Assembly (NCBI GenBank): GCA_019057475.1
Contig: DXJO01000006.1
Location: 96,001 to 160,000, forward strand
Direction of reading: 5' to 3'
DNA: 64,000 bases
Origin: Candidatus Thorarchaeota archaeon
GTDB lineage: Archaea > Asgardarchaeota > Thorarchaeia > Thorarchaeales > Thorarchaeaceae
Shown: one piece after another, positions 39,907 to 49,093 of the stretch
Layout of the letters: each line of letters begins with the position of its first letter
How positions within the stretch are numbered: position 1 is the first letter of the stretch
Program-made: the position numbers and the translations under genes
The notes under the pieces: model-generated
What the model saw: the letters and a program-made list of their open reading frames with translations, nothing else
The model's database searches: none
What the model was told of the DNA's origin: nothing

Positions 39907-40114
39907 AGCTCCTCACCTTAGCACGGACAATCAAAATCACTTGGCAGTAATTCCCTATTGCAAGAAGCCGCTTTTACCCTTTGTGGCTTCCATTGGAAGA
40001 CACAGTCAAATCGAGCGATACTACAACAAGGCCATCCTGCATTTTCAGATTAGTTTATATCCGGGGCCACAAGCCCTTAGTCAAGCGACGCTTTTCACGG
40101 AGTATAGATATTCT

Positions 40115-40789
40115 GTGGCAGAACCTGAGGATGAAAATAAACGAGCGACTCAACCAAGAATTAGTTCCCTCGAGGAAGGTGGGTTGGTTGAGCGAGTGAT
40201 GAGGTCTCTTGAGCTGACCAAGGGTGTCGAGATTGCCCGACGATATCTCGCGATGAATGCTTTTGACGGTGCCCTTACTATGCTGGGTTTGCTTCTGGGC
40301 GGATTGATTACAATTGATCCACTTAACTCCACTCCTGGCTTCAATGCTATTCTACTGGCCGCAGCGGGAACAAGCATAGCCATGGCGGTGTCCGGTTTCA
40401 GCGGCTCGTATCTTGCAGAGAGCGCAGAGCGAGAACGTGAAGTCGAGGAGATGGGCAGAGCCATGTTAACGGACATGACTGATTCTATGTATGCAAAGGC
40501 CTCTAGGACAACGGCAGTCGTAGTTGCGATAGTCGATGGAGCGGCTCCTGCTGTAGCTGCTCTGATTATCATGTCTCCTTTGTGGTTTGTTCCGTACGGT
40601 CTTCTCACTTACGACCTTGCATTCTACATCGCAATGGCTATCTGCATGCTTTTGTTGGTCTTGCTAGGCCTATTCCTTGGCCATATTTCAAAGAAAAGCA
40701 TGTGGAAGTATGCTGCAAGGACCTTGTTCGCCGGAATAGTTACAGCAGTTCTGCTGTACTCAATCGCTCTCCTGACTGGTGGAGGATAA
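40115..40789 (+). CDS. VIT1/CCC1 family metal transporter
   Basis: RRYLAMNAFDGALT, AMAVSGFSGSYLAESAER; start 40115 or 40199. Confidence 0.8.
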   Translation: MAEPEDENKRATQPRISSLEEGGLVERVMRSLELTKGVEIARRYLAMNAFDGALTMLGLLLGGLITIDPLNSTPGFNAILLAAAGTSIAMAVSGFSGSYLAESAEREREVEEMGRAMLTDMTDSMYAKASRTTAVVVAIVDGAAPAVAALIIMSPLWFVPYGLLTYDLAFYIAMAICMLLLVLLGLFLGHISKKSMWKYAARTLFAGIVTAVLLYSIALLTGGG

Positions 40790-40870
40790 CTCTCCTTTTT
40801 GGTGAACTGCTGATGGACTTCGAGAGATTCAAACTAGTCATGTTTAGTGATGACAAGATTCCTTGAAAAT

Positions 40871-41602
40871 CTAGAGAACAAAACCTTCAGTGTCAGCGAG
40901 GGATTTGTCCTTAATTTCTGAAACCCATAGTTTGTAGGCGCAAGGATACTCAGCTTTGCCCGTGTCGACGTATCGCACTCCAAATAGCGCAAGAAGGATT
41001 CTCATGTATTTGTAAAAGGGGTCTCCTGGAGGTACGATTTCAGCAATACAGTTGATCTGCAGCCCCCTTTGTGTTACTTCATTTGGTAAGGGCCATGAAA
41101 CGCATAGTGAAACTCGGGGGTCTTTTTTGATATTGGCGTAGCTGGCACTTCCATACATCTCTACTGCACCAAGACGAAAGAGATCCAACTTGGAATCGTC
41201 AAGATGAAGATTCCTATATAGATCGACGCGCTCGTCAGCGGTGTCCTCAAAAGACCTGCCTTGAAGGGCGAGGAATTGACCCTCCAAATCGTTGATTCTA
41301 TCTTCAATCGCTTCATCAGTCAACGTGAGTCTTATCCTCTTTATGGCTGAATTAATTGGAAAGGGATTATCGAGGTTGAGTGAACCCATTGATGCCTTGT
41401 CAACTCGCGCTCTTAGCATTCCAAGATTATCCTCTTTAACGGGAGCGGTATCAGCGAGATCTGCAAGAGCTTGGTACAAGTCGTCAGGAATTGCATTCAG
41501 AGGATAGGACATTATCACTTTGTCTCTGATGAGGTCAATCATTCGCCTTTCGCGATCTATGAATCTGACAGATGTTGGTTTCAGTTCAGCCACAAGACAC
41601 AC
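40871..41602 (-). CDS. Pyridoxamine 5'-phosphate oxidase-like split-barrel protein
   Basis: SYANIKKDPRVSL..QINCIAEIV. Confidence 0.5.
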   Translation of the reverse strand: MCLVAELKPTSVRFIDRERRMIDLIRDKVIMSYPLNAIPDDLYQALADLADTAPVKEDNLGMLRARVDKASMGSLNLDNPFPINSAIKRIRLTLTDEAIEDRINDLEGQFLALQGRSFEDTADERVDLYRNLHLDDSKLDLFRLGAVEMYGSASYANIKKDPRVSLCVSWPLPNEVTQRGLQINCIAEIVPPGDPFYKYMRILLALFGVRYVDTGKAEYPCAYKLWVSEIKDKSLADTEGFVL

Positions 41603-41764
41603 ACCCTTTGGCTTCGTCCTTCCAATTGTTTCCAGAATGTAACCAATAAGCGTATCTCTGATTAAGCAATTCTAGCAAAACAATCCACCTTTGCGCCAAG
41701 CTATTGCCATTGAAAAGGATGATAAGTGAGTCTGTAAAATGAAACGTCCAACTGCTTTGAAGGA

Positions 41765-42049
41765 ATGGGCTCAATGGTAGAAGTCTTCGAGATGGATTCG
41801 GGCGCAAAAATGATTGCTATCAGCATGGAGAAGGGCTCTCTAGATTCCACAAAAGTGCTTATCTTCATAGACCACGAGAATAAGACTGTGTATCTGTGGA
41901 GGGGAAACAAGGCTGACCTCTTCAAGAAGCTCATGGGCACAAGGGTCGCTGCCAAGTTGAGTCACACATATTCCAAGTACCGAATCCGTCCCATAGCTGA
42001 AGGCTCAGAGCCGGCAGCATTTCTGGACCTTACAGGTATAAGACGGTAG
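41765..42049 (+). CDS. Single-domain gelsolin-like protein
   Basis: SLDSTKVLIFID..TVYLWRG..A..IAEGSEPAAFL matches the gelsolin segment consensus. Confidence 0.75.
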   Translation: MGSMVEVFEMDSGAKMIAISMEKGSLDSTKVLIFIDHENKTVYLWRGNKADLFKKLMGTRVAAKLSHTYSKYRIRPIAEGSEPAAFLDLTGIRR

Positions 42050-42108
42050 CGTAATAATCGACTTCTCGCCAATACACAAATAGATGCTGCTGCTGATTAT
42101 CTAGCGGG

Positions 42109-42426
42109 TTGAATATCCTGATTATTGACCGAAGAGCCTACCTCCACTGGATTAGAAACATCCGACAAGGTTTGGCTACACGCACCGCCATCCTCAGGGC
42201 GCTAGAAAGCGATCAGTGGTTGACTGCCTCCAAGATATCAACTGAAGTTAGCGTAACGGCTGGCACTGTTTCTTATCATCTGAGGAATATGGAGCGGGAG
42301 GATATCGTGACTCGTGACCCTGAAGGAAAAGGCTGGCGCTTGGGTGACTTCGACCAGACGGCTCTTGCAGATTATGTGTCAAAGCGCAGGAAGAAGGCTC
42401 GAAAGAAACGTAGCAAGAAGACGTGA
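42109..42426 (+). CDS. Winged helix-turn-helix protein with basic tail
   Basis: TASKIS..TAGTVSYHLRNMEREDIV. Confidence 0.75.
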   Translation: MNILIIDRRAYLHWIRNIRQGLATRTAILRALESDQWLTASKISTEVSVTAGTVSYHLRNMEREDIVTRDPEGKGWRLGDFDQTALADYVSKRRKKARKKRSKKT

Positions 42427-42431
42427 TGAAC

Positions 42432-43376
42432 CTAGTGTCCGTATAGACGCTCAGCATTCTCCCAGTAGATTTTCCTGCAGACAGAGTCAGACAGAGCCAA
42501 TCCGTTGATGAATGTCCCACCACTATCTACGGTGTCAGCATCCGTAAAGGGAAGAGGTACGCTTTTTGCATCGCTCTCAAGCAATAGTCGTAAGGACTTG
42601 TATCTACCCTCATAGTAGTCAATCTCGGGGGTATATGCTACGCAGTCCGTGGCGAAGAGAATCCGACCGGCGTACTTAGTCAGGAACGACCGCGATTTCG
42701 AGGCGGCCTTCCCCAATTCTCTTACCATCCATCTGGCCGAACCCATGTCCACGTTGAAGTTCTTGTACCTGTCAAACCACTTGCCCAATTCATTTAGTCG
42801 CCCAGTTTCGGGTTGGGCAGCGAAATGAGCCAGTTGAAGCTTCACTTCGGGATGTCTTGCGACAACGCCTTCCAATTCCTGTAAATCGGCTTTTTTGGAA
42901 CTGAAGTAATTCTGATCATTGTACCTCTTCTCATAGTAAGTATCCGGATCGGATAGATGAAGCAAAAAAGGAATATCCTCGTCAGCAAGGGCTTCAAAGA
43001 ACGGGTCTAGCTCGACTGAGTCCATTTTGAGAACATCAGGTCGCACCTTGACTCTTCCTCGCATCATGGGTGCCGACTGCATCTTCGCCAAGGCGTAACC
43101 CTCTTCTCTGAGAGTCTTCACTTCCCTTACTATCGCATCTACATTTTCGGTGAAACGCAGAGTGCTCGGGATGTATTTTGCGAGAACAAAGCGGCCCGGA
43201 TACATCTTCTCAGCAAATTCCTTTGCGCCAAGGCTGTGGCAGATTAGTAAGGACCTTTCCACTCCATATTTAGTTCCGATTTTCACGAGAATTTGGAGCA
43301 CATCAGTGTCGATTATGTGAGTATGCGCATCGAAAATTGGACCGCTGTATTTGAGTTCATGGCTCAGTCCCAGCAC
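42432..43376 (-). CDS. Amidohydrolase family 2 TIM-barrel protein
   Basis: DAHTH, LLHLSDP, LAHF, RILFATD, IYWENAERL. Confidence 0.8.
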   Translation of the reverse strand: MLGLSHELKYSGPIFDAHTHIIDTDVLQILVKIGTKYGVERSLLICHSLGAKEFAEKMYPGRFVLAKYIPSTLRFTENVDAIVREVKTLREEGYALAKMQSAPMMRGRVKVRPDVLKMDSVELDPFFEALADEDIPFLLHLSDPDTYYEKRYNDQNYFSSKKADLQELEGVVARHPEVKLQLAHFAAQPETGRLNELGKWFDRYKNFNVDMGSARWMVRELGKAASKSRSFLTKYAGRILFATDCVAYTPEIDYYEGRYKSLRLLLESDAKSVPLPFTDADTVDSGGTFINGLALSDSVCRKIYWENAERLYGH

Positions 43377-43477
43377 CTCAAAGCGGCAAAGGACTCTCTA
43401 CTGAAAACTGTGTCTGTCTGAGTTTTTTTCATGCCCAGCATTTTCCTTTCAATGGCAATTCAAGCTGCTTAAGCAGA

Positions 43478-44806
43478 CTACTCATTTAGCTTGCTCCATA
43501 AGCGTTTGGCAGACTCCGATGATTTCTTGGAAACCTCTTCATCCGAGATCTTAACCAGTCTACCATCGTCCACAACCTTTTCGCCATGGACAAACACGCT
43601 TTTCACGTCGCGACCGCTGAACGTGTTGACTAGATGACCCACAACCGAGTCCGAAGTTAGGGGTGTTGGTACTCTGGTCGTGTCGAGCAACACGATATCT
43701 GCAAGCTTATCAGACTCGATGCTTCCAATCTCATGCTCCAGACCGTAGCATGTTGCACCTTCAAGAGTGGCCATCCTTAATATCTCTTCAGCCCCAATGA
43801 TGCTTGGGTTGCCAGTAGCAAGCCGGTGCACAGTGAGAGCGCATCTCATATTCTCGAACGGATCGTAGATCCAGCCGTCATTTCCGAGACCCACAGGTAT
43901 TCCTCTCTCTAGCATCTTGGGGACGGGAGCTGTGCCCACTCCATTTAGCATGTTACTCATTGGATTATGTGCAACAGAACTTCCGCTTGCTGCAATCAGG
44001 TCCAATTCGTGTTCATCCACGTGCACACAATGAGCTAAAACGGTCCGCGGTCCAAGCAAGCCAACTCGGTCAAGTCTTTCGACTGTTCTTTCTCCGTATT
44101 TCTCTAGATTGTGATAGAGGTCGACTAAACCTTCTGACGTGTGGACTGTGATTGGCATATTGAGACCTTTAGCTGTTGCAACAGCTTTTATAACAATCTC
44201 ATCGCCAACCGTGAACGATGCATGGACGCTCATCATGGCTGACGTGAGCGGATCCTTCTTGCATTTATTGGCAAATCGAATGTTCTCCTTGAGACCCCTA
44301 TTTGCTTCTCCAGCTTCGTTTCTTTCAGTCAATTCGAATGCAAGCATTGCCCTGATACCTACCTTACGAGTTGCTTCGGCGATTGTGTCTAGGCTTCCCT
44401 CGATTGAGTTTGGGCCTGAGTAGGTATCAGCGAAAAATGTCGAACCGTTTCTCAACATATCTGCTGAAGCTGACAGAGCACTAGCATTTGCATCCTTGAG
44501 TGTAAGTGCCGCATCGACAGGCCACCATACGCGTTGAAGAATCTGTGCGAAATCAATAGGCGGTTCAATGCTCAGATTAGCACCGCGTAGTAGAATGCCA
44601 TAAAGATGGGTATGCGCAGTGACAAGACCGGGTATCACGACACAGTTCGAGGCATCTATTGTCCGCTCGGATGAGTCAGCAGGTCGTCCCGAACCCACCT
44701 CTACGATTTTTTCTCCCTCGAAACGCACAAATCCGTTAGGGATTATTGTGCCCTTCTCATCGCAGGTTACAACCAATCCGCCCTTTATCAGAACGCTACC
44801 TTCCAT
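43478..44806 (-). CDS. SsnA/MtaD-like metal-dependent amidohydrolase (deaminase)
   Basis: AHTHLYG, FAQILQRVWW, HTSEG, AHCVH, HNPMSNM, LGNDG. Confidence 0.85.
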   Translation of the reverse strand: MEGSVLIKGGLVVTCDEKGTIIPNGFVRFEGEKIVEVGSGRPADSSERTIDASNCVVIPGLVTAHTHLYGILLRGANLSIEPPIDFAQILQRVWWPVDAALTLKDANASALSASADMLRNGSTFFADTYSGPNSIEGSLDTIAEATRKVGIRAMLAFELTERNEAGEANRGLKENIRFANKCKKDPLTSAMMSVHASFTVGDEIVIKAVATAKGLNMPITVHTSEGLVDLYHNLEKYGERTVERLDRVGLLGPRTVLAHCVHVDEHELDLIAASGSSVAHNPMSNMLNGVGTAPVPKMLERGIPVGLGNDGWIYDPFENMRCALTVHRLATGNPSIIGAEEILRMATLEGATCYGLEHEIGSIESDKLADIVLLDTTRVPTPLTSDSVVGHLVNTFSGRDVKSVFVHGEKVVDDGRLVKISDEEVSKKSSESAKRLWSKLNE

Positions 44807-44824
44807 TAAGCCAACCTCGCAATA

Positions 44825-45227
44825 TCTTGGTTAGGTCTTCAAGTCTGCCAGCGATTGGAGGACTAACCGAGAATAGGGCGCACCCCCGAAGAGCAAAACC
44901 CGCGCTATGACTGATAGACATGGTCACAAACGCTTACCAGGAGCGACCCGTTCTTGGGTGCGGTACAACCCACCTAAGAACCTTTTCTTCGATGACGGTG
45001 TAGATTGAGCAGGAAAGTTATGCATGGGTCCGGATCATTCAGCTTGGCAAACAAGAGTAGTATTACTCGCGGAGGCAGCGCTTGCGAACGGGTCATGGCT
45101 GCTGGCGACAAGACGAGATAGAACCCGACCGCAAGAGCCATTGTCGAATAAAGCAGTTTTGCGAAGGCAAAACGAGGATTTGAAACTTGAGAGGACTGAA
45201 GAATCCGTGGAACCTCACCTTTGCATA
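44825..45227. ncRNA. Candidate large structured RNA or cis-regulatory element
   Basis: Many nested helices and a terminator-like hairpin in a non-coding interval; details in findings. Confidence 0.45.
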
Positions 45228-45285
45228 CAGTATTCACAAGATTCAAGAGCTTTTGTCCCAAGCTTGAACCAAGAGGGGCCTTCGA

Positions 45286-47577
45286 ATGTGGTATGCGAGA
45301 ATGAAGAGGTTCATGCACGTGTCTGTAGGACTCGTGTTGTTCATTCTTGTTGCTGCTTGTTTGGCTCAGCCAATGAGCGCATGGTCAGGGCTCAAGGATT
45401 CTTCTATGTTCCCTACGCAAGACGCAGACGAACCGCTAGTAATTACCAGCAATGCCGATTTCGAATCACAAGGGTGGCAAGGAACTGGAACCAATGAAGA
45501 CCCCTATGTCATCGAAGGATTGCTTTACGACGGGGGTTTCGGACCGTACATTAACATTACAGGTGTAGATGCACGCTTCGTGATTAGAAATTGCGAAATG
45601 TTGTCACGTCCTGTTGTGCCACAGGAATATGGTTATACTTCTGCGACCTATGTGACCATAAGAAATACACAGAACTTCACTATTGAAGACTGCAGATTTA
45701 TCGGCGGAAGTACTCACATTGTTGTCCATGATTCGAAATGTGTCCGCATACATAGCAACACATTTGCCCAGGGCAATGGCATCGTGTGTATGGACGTTGA
45801 CATCTTGAACGTTTCTGAAAACTCTATAGAAGACTCACATTTCCTGCGTGTGTGGGAAAGCGGCAATGTCAATGTGAGGAATAACTCAATCTTGGGCTAT
45901 GTCTTTTTGTCGGAACCTGCCTATGTGGAAATGGGACCGTACATCATGATTCACACACGGCAGAGAGTCGAGTTCGTTTCAAACACAGTCGTGGGAGAAA
46001 TCGATTTGAGTATCTCTTCAAGGGAGGTTGTGATTCGCAACAACACATTCCTTAATATGACGGGTGGAATCTCAATGCCATACGAGTCATGGTATTCAGG
46101 CGTGAGAACAGTCCAAGTCGAAATCACAGATAACCACTTTGATGGTGGTGGACTATCATTTTGGCAGGACAGCAGCTACCCACTAGACATCGCAGTTATT
46201 GAGAACAACTACATAGCTGGCAAACCCATCCTGTTTCAGAGAGAAGAATCAGAAAAGGTGATCAACTGTCAGTATTATGGACAGGTAATCTCATACCTTT
46301 GTTCGGATACGATATACAGCGGGGGAACCTTCAGGAATGTGAGCATAGGACTTGTGATAATAGACTGCTTCAATTCGAGTATAAGCGACATCGATTTCAG
46401 CTCCTGCTATACTGGTATCATGCTAAGGCACAGCAATAAAATATCCATTGAACGAGTACAGGTGATTGACTGTGTTTTGGGACTGAACGCTCACTACTCA
46501 CACAATATGACAGTGTCCAACTGTCTGTTTGAACAATGCTCTGAGGGTGTGACTTGGTGGTGGTGCGAGGACGGGGAAATCGTATCGAATGTATTTCGCG
46601 AGAATTGGATGGGTCTCAATCTGGACTGGTGCTGTAGGGCTACTGTCACCAGCAACCTGTTCGACCGAAACTTTCGAAATGCGCAAGATTATGGTTATTT
46701 CCCGAACAACTGGGATAACAACACATGGAGTGACTATTCGGGGTTCGGTGTTCACATCTTGTTTATTCATGATGGCAGGATTATAGCAGACCACTACCCT
46801 AAATCCACATTACCTTGGTATCAGCTTCCTGTGGTTATTCAGCTCATATCCATTCTCACGGTGCTATTGCTTCTGTTCACTACCTACATGGTAAGCAAAT
46901 GGACGGGCGGAAGACTGGCGCGATTCCTTAGCAGCAAGAACAATATGCTCGCTCTCCTGTTGCAAATTGAGGTGCTCGCTTCTCCCGTTGTTTTTTCTGT
47001 AGGGGAATCGACGGTCCCCGCTAACATCGAACCTGAGAGCTATTTGATGCTAGGCTCAATCCTCTGGAGAGTGTGGGTACAAGGAATCTGGACATACTTC
47101 CAGGGACCACTCTCAACATACTCTCAGGAGTCATGGAGTCAGTTCTACATAACTAGTAGTCAAATACTGGCAATACTCCTCCTGATGGCGTTCACATTGA
47201 ATAGCTGGCGCCTTCAGCGAATGGGGGCAAGTCGTTTAGACAAGAGAGCTAATATCCTACTCCTGCTCTTGTCAGCTGTCTACCTCGCCTTGATTTACCC
47301 ACAGGCGGGATTGCCATTGCCAGTTGGACCAGTTCTTGTGTATTTCACGCTGAAACTTGTGAGCGAATCTCCTCAGGATACAAGTCCTTCCAAAGGCCTT
47401 CCCCCAGACTACTTGCGGCTTAAATGTCCTAATTGTGGAGCGGTTTATTCTTACAGTCCTTCTTCTCGAGTCAAGGAGGGCGTAGTCAGATGTCAGAACT
47501 GCAACAGGGAGTTTGATCCAAAGCTCATCTCAAAGGAAACGTTGGATGGCAATTACTCGGCCAAAGCCAATGCCTGA
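45286..47577 (+). CDS. Surface parallel beta-helix (NosD-like) protein with multi-TM region and C-terminal zinc ribbon
   Basis: Signal peptide, GWQGTGTNEDPYVIEGL, beta-helix repeats, NNTWSDY, TM helices, CPNCG..VRCQNC. Confidence 0.7.
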   Translation: MWYARMKRFMHVSVGLVLFILVAACLAQPMSAWSGLKDSSMFPTQDADEPLVITSNADFESQGWQGTGTNEDPYVIEGLLYDGGFGPYINITGVDARFVIRNCEMLSRPVVPQEYGYTSATYVTIRNTQNFTIEDCRFIGGSTHIVVHDSKCVRIHSNTFAQGNGIVCMDVDILNVSENSIEDSHFLRVWESGNVNVRNNSILGYVFLSEPAYVEMGPYIMIHTRQRVEFVSNTVVGEIDLSISSREVVIRNNTFLNMTGGISMPYESWYSGVRTVQVEITDNHFDGGGLSFWQDSSYPLDIAVIENNYIAGKPILFQREESEKVINCQYYGQVISYLCSDTIYSGGTFRNVSIGLVIIDCFNSSISDIDFSSCYTGIMLRHSNKISIERVQVIDCVLGLNAHYSHNMTVSNCLFEQCSEGVTWWWCEDGEIVSNVFRENWMGLNLDWCCRATVTSNLFDRNFRNAQDYGYFPNNWDNNTWSDYSGFGVHILFIHDGRIIADHYPKSTLPWYQLPVVIQLISILTVLLLLFTTYMVSKWTGGRLARFLSSKNNMLALLLQIEVLASPVVFSVGESTVPANIEPESYLMLGSILWRVWVQGIWTYFQGPLSTYSQESWSQFYITSSQILAILLLMAFTLNSWRLQRMGASRLDKRANILLLLLSAVYLALIYPQAGLPLPVGPVLVYFTLKLVSESPQDTSPSKGLPPDYLRLKCPNCGAVYSYSPSSRVKEGVVRCQNCNREFDPKLISKETLDGNYSAKANA

Positions 47578-47588
47578 CCTTGGTGTCT

Positions 47589-49073
47589 TTACATCTCCAT
47601 ATCCACATAGCTGACAGTTCCTTTCTTGGACCTGTATACAACTCCTTCACGCTCAAGCTTGGAGAGTGCTTTCTCGAATTGGGCTCCGGATAACCCTGAT
47701 GAGTCGCATCTTTCCTTTAATGCATCTAATGGGACATTCTTGTTACCTTCAGATGCTATCTGTTTCAAAACCTTTACGAACTTCTGCGTTGGCGGCAAGG
47801 ATTGGTCAATCACTGTGAGTTCTGGTGCGGGTTTGACGCCAATTGAAAAAGGAGGCGCCGAGTCAATGCTAGCAGCTTTCTTCGCACTGAGCAAAGCGGA
47901 TAAGAGATCTATCTTTCCAGGCGCAGCTGCCGGCTTAGTTTCAGAGGGTGCGATATCAGCCAGACTGACTCCTTCTGGTTCTCCCGACGTTTCTCCTATG
48001 AATGGAATTGACTGGGTCTCACCGTAATCAATACCTAACCATTGCGAATCAATATCCTGATTTACAGGGGCGGCTCGAAGAAGCTGGGTTCTATATCGCC
48101 TCATAATTTTCGTTCTCTGAGAGTCGAGATCTGAGCTGGAACATGTTTGCGCTCCCAGCATAAGCAATGAACGTTCGGCTAGGCCACGGACTCGCTTATG
48201 AGAGTCAGTCACGAGATAACCTAAGATTCGGAGAAGACTACTGAACTTGGATGATGAAATGTGCAGATTTTCTAGAAGGCTTTGCTTGACTTTCCAATCT
48301 GGGTCAGCAACCAAATCCATTACAATCCCCCTTGTTGACACGATTCCAAGCTTGCCAACAGCAGACGCTACTTGCACTCGGTCCTTCCAACTTGTTGTTC
48401 TTAGAAATGCAGTGAGATACTTGGATGTAGTGTGATCTACGATTCCACAGATATAGGACAGCAGCTCACGCTTGCTTTCTGCTGACATTTGACATAGGAG
48501 TTGAATCATTTTCCGGCGTGTGCGATTAGGAAAAGCTAAGACCTTCGGTACTGTTCCCAGCGAAATGACCTTAATGTTATCGCGAATCTTTTTCATAGCC
48601 CATCTTGCACCCGGAGGCCCAAGCGATGCCATCAAGCCGAAGACAGTTGGTTGATGCTCTACACCCAAACTCTCAAGAGCGGTAATCCATTGTCTTCGAG
48701 AGTTGTTGGAAATTGGGGCACCATCCTGAACAAATTCTTCCTCAATGCCCTGCAGCACTTGCTCTCTCTCAGCAGGGTTGAGGGTTGTCATGGATCTGAA
48801 GAGTTCTGGAAGATAGACACCGTATGCGTTTCGCACAGCCATCCTAAAGACAAGCTTGCGTAGTATCTGATTATCATCGTCAAGGAGAGTCATAACTTTT
48901 GGCAGTAATGATCGTGCGACAGGATGGGCAACCAGCTGCCCGGCAGATCCGTACAGGGCGCCCAAATCGAACGAGTCTAGGGAACCTGCAATCCGTTTCA
49001 ACTCCCTCAGCTTGGTCATCTCAAGTTTGGTGATATCCAACCGAGCCGTCTTTCTAGGGGTCAAGTCATCCAA
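47589..49073 (-). CDS. HEAT-repeat protein with C-terminal winged helix
   Basis: LLDDDNQILRK, SWKDRVQVA, LVADPDWKVKQ, LVTDSHKRVR; low-complexity linker; FEKALSKLEREGVVY. Confidence 0.7.
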   Translation of the reverse strand: MDDLTPRKTARLDITKLEMTKLRELKRIAGSLDSFDLGALYGSAGQLVAHPVARSLLPKVMTLLDDDNQILRKLVFRMAVRNAYGVYLPELFRSMTTLNPAEREQVLQGIEEEFVQDGAPISNNSRRQWITALESLGVEHQPTVFGLMASLGPPGARWAMKKIRDNIKVISLGTVPKVLAFPNRTRRKMIQLLCQMSAESKRELLSYICGIVDHTTSKYLTAFLRTTSWKDRVQVASAVGKLGIVSTRGIVMDLVADPDWKVKQSLLENLHISSSKFSSLLRILGYLVTDSHKRVRGLAERSLLMLGAQTCSSSDLDSQRTKIMRRYRTQLLRAAPVNQDIDSQWLGIDYGETQSIPFIGETSGEPEGVSLADIAPSETKPAAAPGKIDLLSALLSAKKAASIDSAPPFSIGVKPAPELTVIDQSLPPTQKFVKVLKQIASEGNKNVPLDALKERCDSSGLSGAQFEKALSKLEREGVVYRSKKGTVSYVDMEM

Positions 49074-49093
49074 CCCCCTCGAATATCAATCAC

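Noticed and set aside
39794-40114. N-terminal extension of the 331-aa ORF
   Set aside because: Overlaps the divergent gene and promoter region; VIT1 similarity starts near 40199
45008-45135. GGAAAGT...AGAACCCG resembling RNase P RNA conserved regions
   Set aside because: The two segments cannot form the P4 helix and the spacing is too short
44974-45497. ORFs 44974-45318 (-) and 45024-45497 (+)
   Set aside because: No recognisable motifs, and both overlap the start of the 45286 gene; likely spurious
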